A stretch of DNA of 64,000 nucleotides from an uncultured bacterium (GCA_963705505.1 CAVPJU010000002.1:62549-126548), one strand, 5' to 3'; numbered from the stretch's first letter, positions 42,764-52,633 are shown. A program made the numbers and translations. The notes: generated from the letters alone by a model not told the origin.

Positions 42764-43843
42764 CTAAATCTTCATCCTCGCGAGCACCCCGTTTATCTCG
42801 CCCTTTATACGCGCGAGCGGTACCCCCGTATTTAAAAACGCAATAAGCCCGAGCCCGAGGAGTGGTATCGAAAGGATCACGAAGACCGCGACCGAAAAGC
42901 CTGCCGCGACCGTCTTATCGACGCCGAAAAGGGCGAGCCCCACGACCGTGAAGAACTGGTACGTCCCGACGTTTCCGGGGGCGTTCGGGAGTGCCGTTCC
43001 GATATGGACGATGAGGAAGACAACGGCGCCCGTAGTAAACGGGAGACCGATGTTGAACGCATCCATGACGAGCCAGAAAGCGATTATTTCGAAGAAGATC
43101 ACGAAGAAGGAAATGACGAAGGACGCGTAGAAATAACGGGTGAGCCCGATTTCCTTCATTTCAAGCGCCAGCCGGTCGATGAAATTTTTCGCGATACGAA
43201 GCGGCTTCCATAAGGAGGGGTATTTGAGCAGGTAGAGATTGCCCTCTCCCTCGTCCTCGAGCTTCTTCTCCTCCCTCAATACGAGATAGAGGAAGAGCCC
43301 GGTTCCGAGAAGCACCATCGCTCCCAGGACCTTCTCGGACTCTATAAGGCGCGCGGGAAGGGGGGCAATAAACGCGGAGAGGCCGATTAATACCGCAAGC
43401 CACACGCTGTCAAAAAGACGCTCGACTGCTATTGAAGGAAAAATAGAGAAGAAGTCCCTCGACAACCAGCGGGATACGAGATAGCCCCTGACCAGCTCCC
43501 CGATGCGGAGCGGGAGAATTTCATTTGTGAAGAGCCCCGCGTATATTGCCTGAGTCGTCCGCAGTAAGGTTATATTCCCCTTTCCGAGGAGTAAAAGCCG
43601 CCAGCGCACGCCCTGAATGACGTAGCCCAGAATATCGATAACCATGGCAAGGACCGCCCATAGCCAGTGAACTCCCGAAAAGGTGCGGTAAAACTCACCC
43701 AGATGGATGTCATGAAAGACCCAGATGAGGCACGCGAGCGCGATGATATAACCGAGAAGAGGCTTCACGAACCTGGAAGCCCTCTTTTGCGGCGCAACGG
43801 GGCCGGTTTTTAACAGAGGGTCGTAATTTTCTATTCGAACCAC
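42764..43843 (-). CDS. Lysylphosphatidylglycerol synthase TM (flippase-like) protein
   Basis: RW..LL, N.ILP.R.GE..R, ERLFD, P.APG..G. Confidence 0.85.
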   Translation of the reverse strand: MVRIENYDPLLKTGPVAPQKRASRFVKPLLGYIIALACLIWVFHDIHLGEFYRTFSGVHWLWAVLAMVIDILGYVIQGVRWRLLLLGKGNITLLRTTQAIYAGLFTNEILPLRIGELVRGYLVSRWLSRDFFSIFPSIAVERLFDSVWLAVLIGLSAFIAPLPARLIESEKVLGAMVLLGTGLFLYLVLREEKKLEDEGEGNLYLLKYPSLWKPLRIAKNFIDRLALEMKEIGLTRYFYASFVISFFVIFFEIIAFWLVMDAFNIGLPFTTGAVVFLIVHIGTALPNAPGNVGTYQFFTVVGLALFGVDKTVAAGFSVAVFVILSIPLLGLGLIAFLNTGVPLARIKGEINGVLARMKI

Positions 43844-45513
43844 ACCTTTTGACCATTCAGCTCAGTTAAATTACCGATAGCGATAGCCAATTTCGGCAGG
43901 TCAAGCGGATTTTTGTAGATAGTATATCGAGGCTCCCAGTAACTCGCAAATTTTGATTTATGCAGCCTCAGGCCGGCGAAGCTGAAAAGGAAATTCATAC
44001 GTTTCGAGAAATAATAAATAGTTTTCTCCTCTATCGAGGCTTCGTCGTTTTCCCTAAAGCCCGACATGGGCGCCATGCCGAGATTGAACCGCTCGTATCC
44101 CTTGTTCTTGAGGGACTCCAGCAGCTTCACTATTAGGTAGTCGATTATACCGTTAGGAGCCTCTTCGCGCCTCCTCATGAGATCGACGGTGGCTTCACCC
44201 GCCCTGAACGACGGAATTATATTTACGAACGAGAGTATCCTGCCCTGTGCGTCCACCGCGGCGAGGACGGCGGTCGATTTAATATAATTGGGGTCGAACA
44301 TGCCGAGTGTAAACCCGCGCTCCCTTCGCCCCGGTATCTTGAGCCATTCATCGGATACCTCCTTCAATTCGAGGATAGTCTTATCGTCAACGGGCGGCTC
44401 AAATGTCTTTATCCCGATTCCCGATTTCTCCATCTTATTCATCGTATTGCGGAGGTCTTTCATCCTGCTGCCCGATATTGAAAATTTATTGAGATCAACA
44501 ATCGCATCGTCCCCTATCTTGAGCTTCCTGAACCCGAGCTTCTTGAAGATCGGCAGGAAATGGGGCAACGCCTGATGGAAGGCTACGCGCCAGTCGTTCT
44601 CGCGGCAGAATTCCATGAAATTCCTTATCGTCTCCTCGATTTCCTCTTCGGGCCCCACGGGGTCGGCGAGCGCCACGGCGAAATTGGACCCCACTCCGTA
44701 GGCGATAAACGAGTTCTTCGAAGGGGAGAAAAAGAATGCCTTGTCCGCCCATAGCTTGAAATAATCCTGCGAGTCGCACCCGTATTTCTCCGCTATTCCC
44801 TTCGCGATGAGCCGCTCCCGAGGAAGTGTCCTGTACCTGTAGATCACGGGCATGAAGATGGAAAGGACGGAGTATGCAATGGCCATAATGGAAATTAGAG
44901 AAAGAGAATCCAGAAACCACATCGCATAGCGGGTCCGGGGTATGAGTTCCGGATCGCCGATCAGGGCGAGGTGCTGGAATGTTCTGTGCACCGAATCCGC
45001 GAGCGTAAAATTAATCCCGAAGTCCTTCGTGTCCAGAAACCAGAACCCTACAACGCCGTATGTGAAGGCGGCCAATACGGCCAGCAGCAGGCGTATCCCC
45101 CACGAGCCCGGACCCGGGATGCCGCTGTTAACTGTGAAGCTTGAGCGTGCCGAGATCAGGAGGACTATAAGAACCAGAGACAAAGTCGCTTCTTCATAAT
45201 CGAGACCCTTCGTCAGATGAAAGATCACGGAAAAAGACAGAAGGAGAAGCACTATATGATAAGCCCTTCTTTTGCGTTTAAATATGTTGATTGAGGAAAC
45301 GACAAGCGTAAACCCTATTATCAGCGTGAGAAACCTGGAAACATGAAGGAAGGCGATCGGGAAGATTTCATGCAGCGCATTGAGGCGGTTAGGCAGACCG
45401 GGACCAATGAGGGAGAAAAGGTTCAGGAACCCGCTCCCCAGTGTCGCAAGGGAAACGATCAATACGAGTACGGATTTCGTATTGATATGAGTAAACAGTC
45501 TCTTTCCCCACAT
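43831..45513 (-). CDS. mprF: Aminoacyl-phosphatidylglycerol synthase (MprF synthase part: short TM region + DUF2156)
   Basis: HLTKGLDYEEA, DPVG, KIGDDA, ERGFTLG, DLMRR, NLGMAPMSG, GLR..K.KF...WEPRY. Confidence 0.82.
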   Translation of the reverse strand: MWGKRLFTHINTKSVLVLIVSLATLGSGFLNLFSLIGPGLPNRLNALHEIFPIAFLHVSRFLTLIIGFTLVVSSINIFKRKRRAYHIVLLLLSFSVIFHLTKGLDYEEATLSLVLIVLLISARSSFTVNSGIPGPGSWGIRLLLAVLAAFTYGVVGFWFLDTKDFGINFTLADSVHRTFQHLALIGDPELIPRTRYAMWFLDSLSLISIMAIAYSVLSIFMPVIYRYRTLPRERLIAKGIAEKYGCDSQDYFKLWADKAFFFSPSKNSFIAYGVGSNFAVALADPVGPEEEIEETIRNFMEFCRENDWRVAFHQALPHFLPIFKKLGFRKLKIGDDAIVDLNKFSISGSRMKDLRNTMNKMEKSGIGIKTFEPPVDDKTILELKEVSDEWLKIPGRRERGFTLGMFDPNYIKSTAVLAAVDAQGRILSFVNIIPSFRAGEATVDLMRRREEAPNGIIDYLIVKLLESLKNKGYERFNLGMAPMSGFRENDEASIEEKTIYYFSKRMNFLFSFAGLRLHKSKFASYWEPRYTIYKNPLDLPKLAIAIGNLTELNGQKVWFE

Positions 45514-45724
45514 AAAGAAAAAAAGTATACATGCGCTTTTCGAAAATGACGGCTCTATTTATCCGGCGGCGCGCTTTACCTCTATTAATACTAATTTCCC
45601 TCGATAAAAGATTCATAATTTGAGGGTATTATAATAGCGGCAAGGGTAGAAGCCGGAATAGAAATTGACGACCGGCCGGGAAGATTTAAAAAATTCTAAT
45701 GAGTACGCCTGAAGAACATCGGCA

Positions 45725-46978
45725 TCACCCCTTCGTCCCCGCTCGCAAAATTCTTTTCTTTATCGAACCTATAAATTGCCCGGAGCGGCGGACAAGCTCG
45801 AATCCGGAATACATGACCAGATGCCATGCGCTCTCCATGCCGAAGACGTGCTCGAGGAATTTCGGAAACCCGATAGCCCTCGCGAATAGATTTTTACCGC
45901 TGTTCTCGCTCGAATAGGACCGCCAGAGGAAACGGAGCTCTAAAACGCCGTCGAGTACGCCCGGGGGCCTCGTCCTCACGCCGTATTCGAAATACCCCGC
46001 CTTCGATACGGGTATCCCGTCGAGTCTACGAATGACGGGCTCGGGAACGGGGGTGTTTAAAAACGGATTCAGGTACCTGAGGGCATCTCTCACGGGGAGG
46101 ACCTTGCCGTGCATCTGCGCCGCGCTTATGAACCTCTCCCAGTCTATCCCCTCCCCTTCTCTGTTCAATATGGCGGCAGCGTCCGCAACCCAGCGTATGG
46201 GCGGGACGGTGTTCCACGCGACGCCGTGCGCGCATACCTGAAGAAGCTGGTCTGCGGGATCGAGAGCGAGCGCCGGCACTCCTTCAACGCCTATATCCCG
46301 CGCGCCTTTCCAGAATTCCGCATCCGCATCCGGCTGGTTATACCCGTGGAGAAGGTGCCAGTGGAGGTCGATCGTGAATTCTCCGGGATTAGTGAAGTCC
46401 TGACCATGCCTGACAGAAAAATATTCCTCCGAGAAATCCTCGACCGTCCTTTCCCGGGGTGTCCATCCGAGCCGGGAGAGGAGCTTCATATCGGAAAAAC
46501 CCTTGAGCGGGGTTACGGACGGGCGCCATCCGAGCCCGGTGATGATGCCGATAGCTTCGCGGACCCTCCGTGTCGGGACGAGGATGTCCGCGTCCATCAT
46601 CGGACGGAGGCCGGAGTCCCCATAATAAATAAGGGCGAGCGCCGCGCCCTTAAGCAGTATCGCCGGCATGCCCCTTCTGTTCAGCTCAGCCAGCAGTCTG
46701 GAGACCCTCCCGTAGAGCGTCCCGTTGTTCTCGCGTGTCTTGATATAGACCCACCTGAATATATTCATGAGCGGATCATCGACGCCGTTCGATTTCAGAT
46801 TCGCGTAGAGCAGGGGAAAGAGCCTGTAAGAGCCGGGGTCCACACAGTCTATATCAGCCGAGGACTTCCATTCCCGGAAAGCACTGACGGCTTCATCGCC
46901 TTTAAGTATAGAAGCTCTTAGCAGAAACTCCTGCTCGGGCGTGGGCCAGCATCCTCCGTGTCCTTTCCCTTTTATCAT
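45725..46978 (-). CDS. Nucleotidyltransferase family protein (NTP_transf_5-like)
   Basis: LLKGAAL...Y.....RPMMDADILV and IDLHW. Confidence 0.85.
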   Translation of the reverse strand: MIKGKGHGGCWPTPEQEFLLRASILKGDEAVSAFREWKSSADIDCVDPGSYRLFPLLYANLKSNGVDDPLMNIFRWVYIKTRENNGTLYGRVSRLLAELNRRGMPAILLKGAALALIYYGDSGLRPMMDADILVPTRRVREAIGIITGLGWRPSVTPLKGFSDMKLLSRLGWTPRERTVEDFSEEYFSVRHGQDFTNPGEFTIDLHWHLLHGYNQPDADAEFWKGARDIGVEGVPALALDPADQLLQVCAHGVAWNTVPPIRWVADAAAILNREGEGIDWERFISAAQMHGKVLPVRDALRYLNPFLNTPVPEPVIRRLDGIPVSKAGYFEYGVRTRPPGVLDGVLELRFLWRSYSSENSGKNLFARAIGFPKFLEHVFGMESAWHLVMYSGFELVRRSGQFIGSIKKRILRAGTKG

Positions 46979-47228
46979 GAGGAGACTTCACCGCGAAAAG
47001 CAGTATTTATAATACCAGAGATAATTATCTTCACTGCGCTGGTATTGGACAAGCTCACGCGAACGTGCGTGACAGGCATGAAGACAAAGGTATTAACAAC
47101 TGCCTAAGTTGTAGGAAGTGAGAGCACAACATGTATGGGGAGAATATGACTGGGACGACCCAAAGCTAATTGGTTCGTCCCGGATTCAATTCAAAAAGAT
47201 ATCAAAAGGATTGTTGCCTAAACCCCTA

Positions 47229-47393
47229 TTACGGTATATTACTGCTCTGCGCGTTCGCTGTCGTAAGGTTCAACTTCTGGTTGAGCATCATCACGGATAT
47301 TACTGTCGGGATGATGAACGCGCCCTTTGTAACCTTCTCGAGGAACTCGCGCCGTTCGGGGTTAACATCATCTAAGAATTTCTTATTGCTCAT
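47229..47393 (-). CDS. 54-aa putative RiPP precursor peptide
   Basis: GGAGG RBS; MSNKKFLDDVNPERREFLEKVTKGAFIIPTVISVMMLNQKLNLTTANAQSSNIP; lies inside the RRE/kinase/GT cluster. Confidence 0.65.
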   Translation of the reverse strand: MSNKKFLDDVNPERREFLEKVTKGAFIIPTVISVMMLNQKLNLTTANAQSSNIP

Positions 47394-47515
47394 GAACCAT
47401 CCTCCATTCATTCGATACATAGCAATATATCATATTACAAGCAGACATACAAGCAATATATGTATAATTCTGGACAAGTTAGGCTCCTTTATGCCTTTCT
47501 GTTAATTACGGCGCT

Positions 47516-49282
47516 TTAAAGGGAGCGCATGAATTCCAGTACTCTTTGCTGTGAGCTCTCGTTAGTCCATTTATTCTCGATCCATCTGCTTCCCTGCATG
47601 GCGCGTATAAGAAAGCTCCCGTAATTCTGATAAACGTCCCATATAGCATCCTCGATGTCCTGCACGCTCACCCTGTCCCACTGCCCGTAGACACCCCCCT
47701 CGTAATCCGCATCTTCCTTTCCATTTACAGGTATAGCCTTGCAGAATCCGGACTCGATGAGCTCACGGTGGACCGGGATATCGGACAAAATAGTCGGGAT
47801 GCCCAGATACAGGCTCTCCCGCGGGGTGAAGGACCACCCTTCCCCATTCGATGGAAACACGTAACAGGAAAGCCCACTATACCACCTGGATATTTGATCC
47901 TCAGTCAAAAAACCCTCCGTCCATTCCACGAACGGCGTGCTTTCAATCAGCCCGAGAAACGGTGTATACATCCAGCCGAACAGGGTCGCCACATGGACCG
48001 CAAGTCTGAGTCCCGGAATCTTTCCAATGAGGTTAACGCAAGCCTGGTAGAGCTTGAATAAATTTTTTCTCTTGTTAGGCACGCCGAGAAAACCTATACG
48101 GAATATATCCGCCTTTGGCTTTTGCCTATACGCCCTATTATGCCTCGTAAACCCCTGCTGAATGACTTCGATAGGGATTCGTACGCCGGACGCGATGAAC
48201 ACGTCCTTCATATGATCGTGAGGAACTATACAATAATCGTAATGCTCGTTCAGGGCCTCAAACCAGAAAGCCGGAATCTTCGTTGTTTCGAATGTCGTAT
48301 AAACGACGTTGACATTCTCTTTCGAAAGCCGGTTCGTATAAAAAGACGGCATGCCGCTCACCAGCACCTTTTTGCCCTTGAGGCTCCTAGTATCATCTAT
48401 TACGACCCCGATCCGGCTCATCCGCTCGAAGACCGTCGTTAGTCCGTCGAACGGAGCTACCTCGAATGTCCTGAGTATATATATATCGTCCGGTATACGG
48501 ATCACAGCGATCTCTTTGTCGATCCCTGTTAATAATTTTTCGACATCCGCTTCACTGGCCTTCTCTTTAAAGGGCTTCGTGCCAAGGTGCTCAAACCTCC
48601 ACGATCCCTCGTGATGATGCCTGCCGTAGTTCCCGAAATGGCAAGAAACGGCTCCTGTAACCGGACATGTGCGGTCGAGGTTGGGAAGGAACACTACGTC
48701 CCTGAACTTATCCCGGCAGTCGTGATATACGATCGTCACGAGACCGGGGCCTGTCGATTCGAGGACATCGTTATCCGTAACTATTGCACGGCGCGACTCC
48801 TCCGCCATCTTTCTCAGTATATGAAGCAGGAACGGATGCCCGGGCTCACTTCCGAACATGTAGTTCGCCACGCGCAGCCGGTCCCTATGGCCGAGCCTCT
48901 CTGCATCCTCCTCAGTAAGAGTCGACTCTTCGCCGAACACGCAGCGGAACTCGCATAGGTCATCGATGGGGCTCAGACATTCGATATCCATATCCACATA
49001 AAATCCTCCGAACGCATAAACAGCGACGATCCGGAAAATATCCGTTTTCTGAACGGTCAATGCCCTGTCATATATCGGCAGAAACATCGGGAAGAACCTC
49101 GAAACCGTGTCCCTGCAGGCTTCATCATCATAAAATTTATATTCCCAGCCCGGATGGAGGGCGATGAGATTTTCCCGGTATCGTCCGTACTTCCAGGGAA
49201 CATCCTCGCTCTTATAAGTCTGGTGGATTATTTTTGGGATGGCCATCGTCGTCAGCGGTTTTTCCGGGGTGTCACTCCTCAA
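47516..49282 (-). CDS. Fused glycosyltransferase: GT32-like (DxD) + GT4-like domains
   Basis: IPKIIHQT, GGFYVDMD, TGPG; C-terminal RKN and PSNGEGWSFTPRE. Confidence 0.85.
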   Translation of the reverse strand: MRSDTPEKPLTTMAIPKIIHQTYKSEDVPWKYGRYRENLIALHPGWEYKFYDDEACRDTVSRFFPMFLPIYDRALTVQKTDIFRIVAVYAFGGFYVDMDIECLSPIDDLCEFRCVFGEESTLTEEDAERLGHRDRLRVANYMFGSEPGHPFLLHILRKMAEESRRAIVTDNDVLESTGPGLVTIVYHDCRDKFRDVVFLPNLDRTCPVTGAVSCHFGNYGRHHHEGSWRFEHLGTKPFKEKASEADVEKLLTGIDKEIAVIRIPDDIYILRTFEVAPFDGLTTVFERMSRIGVVIDDTRSLKGKKVLVSGMPSFYTNRLSKENVNVVYTTFETTKIPAFWFEALNEHYDYCIVPHDHMKDVFIASGVRIPIEVIQQGFTRHNRAYRQKPKADIFRIGFLGVPNKRKNLFKLYQACVNLIGKIPGLRLAVHVATLFGWMYTPFLGLIESTPFVEWTEGFLTEDQISRWYSGLSCYVFPSNGEGWSFTPRESLYLGIPTILSDIPVHRELIESGFCKAIPVNGKEDADYEGGVYGQWDRVSVQDIEDAIWDVYQNYGSFLIRAMQGSRWIENKWTNESSQQRVLEFMRSL

Positions 49283-50003
49283 TTCCGTCGAGCATACGGG
49301 ACGCCTCTTCCCCGGTGTGTTTACCGTCGAGGATATCCTTTATTAGCGCGCTCGATTCGTCGGATAACATTTTTGAAGCGGACAATATTCTTTCCCAGTG
49401 TTCTTTCGTCCAGACATTATTCCCGTGATACACGTAAATATATAACTTCGGCATGATTATCGGGAATACCAGGCTCCTCCTGAAAAGCTCCGTCACGAGA
49501 GGGGTGTCTTCTCCCCTGTCCCTCGCTTCGTATCTCAAGCCCTCCCCGATGAGAGATTTTTTGCATAGCAGGCTCCCCTCCCACGGCCTCCGGGTGGATA
49601 CGTATGCCTTTTTCCCGATATCGTCGAAGATGAGCCAGTGCATCATAATGCTCGCCTGCATGCCGCTCTTTTTTATCACGTCCATCTGGAACGAGAGCCT
49701 CTCGCGGTGGGAGAAGTCGTCGTCGTCCCACTGGCAGAAGTATTCCCCGCCGCACACTTGCACGGCCAGGTTCCGGAGCGCTCCCAGGATGAGCCGGGGG
49801 GACGAGGGCGATTCGATCTTAACTATATTATCGTCATTCACTCCTGCGAGGAATTCCGCGGTATTAATGTCGCCGCTCTCGTAAACGACGACGAGCTCCC
49901 TCCGCGGGTAAGTCTGGTCCTTGAACGAGCGTATAGCCCTTTCGAGGAGCCTGGTCCGGGAACGGGTGACACATAGGCACGATATGAGAGGGTTGTCGTT
50001 CAT
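49272..50003 (-). CDS. GT2 family glycosyltransferase
   Basis: ISCLCVT, QTY, LGALRN, WDDDD, GED. Confidence 0.85.
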   Translation of the reverse strand: MNDNPLISCLCVTRSRTRLLERAIRSFKDQTYPRRELVVVYESGDINTAEFLAGVNDDNIVKIESPSSPRLILGALRNLAVQVCGGEYFCQWDDDDFSHRERLSFQMDVIKKSGMQASIMMHWLIFDDIGKKAYVSTRRPWEGSLLCKKSLIGEGLRYEARDRGEDTPLVTELFRRSLVFPIIMPKLYIYVYHGNNVWTKEHWERILSASKMLSDESSALIKDILDGKHTGEEASRMLDGIEE

Positions 50004-50004
50004 G

Positions 50005-51117
50005 TCATTCCCGGGATTTTTTGATGAGGGAGTTGAGGAATTTGCGCTTCGTTTGGTATTCGAGATTATCTGGGTCGCACCCCGATGCGAGCGAATAATA
50101 TCTTTCGCTCTCCAGATATTTACCCAGCTTGTAATAACAGGTAGCCAGGGGTTCAAAAGAGAACTCGCCGAATATGCGGGAATCGTAGGCGAGCCTCCCC
50201 GGCTCGAGGTCCTCGATTGAAACCGATATGAGTGATGCGAACAATGGCACCGCTTCCGCGAATTTCCCTTCATGCATAAAAAGCATCCCGCGCATCCAGG
50301 TTATGAGATAATTATCGGGAAAAAATTCATCGGCCTCGCGCAGTAACGCGGTGGGGTCCTCCCCTTTCTCGTACTTCATGCGGATGAGGTCGTAATAAGG
50401 CTGAATTTCGACAATGTCGCGTGATTTTCTACCGCGGACGATCTCTACCGCCTTCATCCACGATTCCTCCGCACCCCGTGAGTCGCCTAGTGCCTTAAGC
50501 ACGACGCCCAGGTGCCATCTTAGATACACCCTCTCCGGGTCGTTCTCTATCTGTTTTTTCAGCATCAGCAGGTTACGGCCGTGTTTCCATCCGACGTCCC
50601 CGTCATAACCTAGATGGTCTATGGTGAGCGAGGATGAGCCGATCTCAAGACCCTCGTCAGCGGCGAGTGCCTTAATCGACTCGATCATGGATTCATGTAT
50701 GACTCCATGGAATCTGATCCTCGGAGTGTTACGGAAAATCCTGTATTCCTTATACGCGGTGTAGCCGGTGACGGGATGGAACAACACAGTATACGCGATC
50801 TTGCCCGGATCGGATAACATTCGTCTTACGTTCTCTTTGGAGACGGGCCTCAGCCTCTCGTCGGCGTCGATGTAGAGTATCCAGTCGCCCCGGGAATGTC
50901 CAAGAGCTTCATTCCTAGCAGCGGAGAAATCGTTATTCCACCGGTAATCGAATACCATAGCGCCGAACCCGGCGGCGATTTCCCTGGTCCGGTCGGTGGA
51001 GCCTGTGTCGACTATAACGATCTCGTCGACGACATCCCTGATCGAGCTCAGGCACCCTTCGAGGAATCGCTCTTCGTTACGCACTATCATGGAAGCGGAT
51101 AAAATTATTTCATCCAT
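50005..51117 (-). CDS. GT2 glycosyltransferase with C-terminal TPR-like repeats
   Basis: MIVRNEE, VDTGSTD, W.NDFSAARN, IDADE, IHE, HLGY, then helical repeats. Confidence 0.88.
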   Translation of the reverse strand: MDEIILSASMIVRNEERFLEGCLSSIRDVVDEIVIVDTGSTDRTREIAAGFGAMVFDYRWNNDFSAARNEALGHSRGDWILYIDADERLRPVSKENVRRMLSDPGKIAYTVLFHPVTGYTAYKEYRIFRNTPRIRFHGVIHESMIESIKALAADEGLEIGSSSLTIDHLGYDGDVGWKHGRNLLMLKKQIENDPERVYLRWHLGVVLKALGDSRGAEESWMKAVEIVRGRKSRDIVEIQPYYDLIRMKYEKGEDPTALLREADEFFPDNYLITWMRGMLFMHEGKFAEAVPLFASLISVSIEDLEPGRLAYDSRIFGEFSFEPLATCYYKLGKYLESERYYSLASGCDPDNLEYQTKRKFLNSLIKKSRE

Positions 51118-51167
51118 AATCCGACCGATATGAAGATTCCCTCCGCAAGCTGAAAATCCTCCCGCCT

Positions 51168-51968
51168 CTATCCGGTACAGACAAGAGACATCTTCTCCCT
51201 CATGGAATCGGCCGCAGCCGAGAGGTCCCCGATGCTCAGCAAATAGCAATCAGCATTGTCTATGACCCTGCAGAGACCGCCAATCTTCAGATGGTCCCGT
51301 GACTCAGAAAGGAATGACATGGGCATTAACCTGTTCGCCATCTCAATTTTGGTGCATTCCTCTATTCGAGACTCCCCTCCGTGGTTGGGCTCGAGGAAAA
51401 ATATAACATCGGCCTTCCGGTTCTCGATCTTCCACTCGTAGCCGGCGTCGAGTGGTGAGAACGAGTATATTTTACCTTTTCCGTAGAGGCTTATGAAAGG
51501 GACTTCCCCGATCATAGATTCAATATCCGGAAGAAGTCCTATACTCCCGTCCTTGAGGTGAAACCGCCTGGGGAAAGGCATTGTCCCGCTGTCGTCTATG
51601 AGGACCAGCTCGTCACCGCTTACCCCGAAACCCTCCGACAGCAGGTGCGTCATCAGCGTGCTTTTACCGGCACCTTTGTCACCCACAGCAAGGAACCGGT
51701 ATCCGTTATAATCTCCGCATCCGGCGTGTATGCGTATAGTGTTGGCGACCCCACCCAGCGCTACCGAGTTTACAAAGCCCAGGAGGTTGTAGATAAGGTT
51801 ATCGTAATCTGGCGGGGAATGTTTGAACTCCCCGTTTTCGAGGATCATGTACCTCCCGTCCTCGAGAGATATGTCGTAGACCGTCTCAGTCTCAGCGGGG
51901 AAATCCTGCTCGGCGCCGTGGGATATAAAGTCGATGCCTCTGAAGACGGATTCGTCTTCGGTCCTCAC
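51168..51968 (-). CDS. HPr kinase-related P-loop kinase
   Basis: IHAG...GDKGAGKST...SGDE...PFPR. Confidence 0.8.
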   Translation of the reverse strand: MRTEDESVFRGIDFISHGAEQDFPAETETVYDISLEDGRYMILENGEFKHSPPDYDNLIYNLLGFVNSVALGGVANTIRIHAGCGDYNGYRFLAVGDKGAGKSTLMTHLLSEGFGVSGDELVLIDDSGTMPFPRRFHLKDGSIGLLPDIESMIGEVPFISLYGKGKIYSFSPLDAGYEWKIENRKADVIFFLEPNHGGESRIEECTKIEMANRLMPMSFLSESRDHLKIGGLCRVIDNADCYLLSIGDLSAAADSMREKMSLVCTG

Positions 51969-52009
51969 CGTAAAAAGAGAACGGAGTAGACGGAAATTCT
52001 TGGTGTGGA

Positions 52010-52267
52010 TTATTTAACCAGCCCTTCCTGAATTAGTGTATTGAGACAGTCGGCAACTTCTTTGTCAGGGGGCTCCGGAAGACTATAAGCCTCCTTTACG
52101 ATAGCCACTATGTCGGCGGCGCTGTTCTTACCCGTGCACGCTTCGAGGACCAGCACGGCGGTTTTATTCAGGTAGTGCACCTTGTCCTTCTCGCTCTGGT
52201 ATATGACATAGCCGTCTTCGACCTCGTTGATCTCGATGCCGGCCGAAATCTTCGGAAATTCGTTCAT
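52010..52267 (-). CDS. PqqD-family RiPP recognition element (RRE)
   Basis: 85 aa; VEDGYVIY...VHYLNKTAVLVLEACTG...L..EGLV. Confidence 0.88.
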   Translation of the reverse strand: MNEFPKISAGIEINEVEDGYVIYQSEKDKVHYLNKTAVLVLEACTGKNSAADIVAIVKEAYSLPEPPDKEVADCLNTLIQEGLVK

Positions 52268-52400
52268 AGTGGTAAGCCCCGCTGCAATTGGAATATTATA
52301 AAACTGAGCACTAAGTATCCCGAATTGCAGACCAGGTTTCAAGACCGCGGGAAAAGGTTATCGGCCAAGAGATATCAGTAGCGATTGGCAGATGGAAGGC

Positions 52401-52437
52401 AAAAAAAACCCGGAGCTTCGGGTGGGACGCTCCGGGG
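52401..52437 (-). terminator. Intrinsic terminator
   Basis: CCCGGAGC-loop-GCTCCGGG followed by T8 on the minus strand. Confidence 0.8.
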
Positions 52438-52477
52438 TATTTAACTGAGTTGATTAATTCTACCGGATGAAAATAAC

Positions 52478-52633
52478 TTATGACTGAGTGGGGGTGTCGC
52501 CCGAGCCCGTAGGCTGGTCGGATGAGGTGTCTTTATCCTTTCCGCCGCAGGCGAGTGCATTAGATGTAACGAGAACTGCTCCGCCCAACGCGATCCCCAG
52601 TGTGATTGCCAGTGTGAATAATATCTTTTTCAT
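52478..52633 (-). CDS. 51-aa exported peptide or small lipoprotein (not in ORF track)
   Basis: AGGAGG RBS; MKKILFTLAITLGIALGGAVLVTSNALACGGKDKDTSSDQPTGSGDTPTQS; own terminator. Confidence 0.7.
   Translation of the reverse strand: MKKILFTLAITLGIALGGAVLVTSNALACGGKDKDTSSDQPTGSGDTPTQS

Noticed and set aside
45725..52267. Canonical lasso peptide or PQQ biosynthesis cluster
   Set aside because: No asparagine-synthetase-like cyclase, B2 protease or PqqB/C/E genes, and the peptide lacks a ring-forming Asp/Glu core and the PqqA ExxxY motif.
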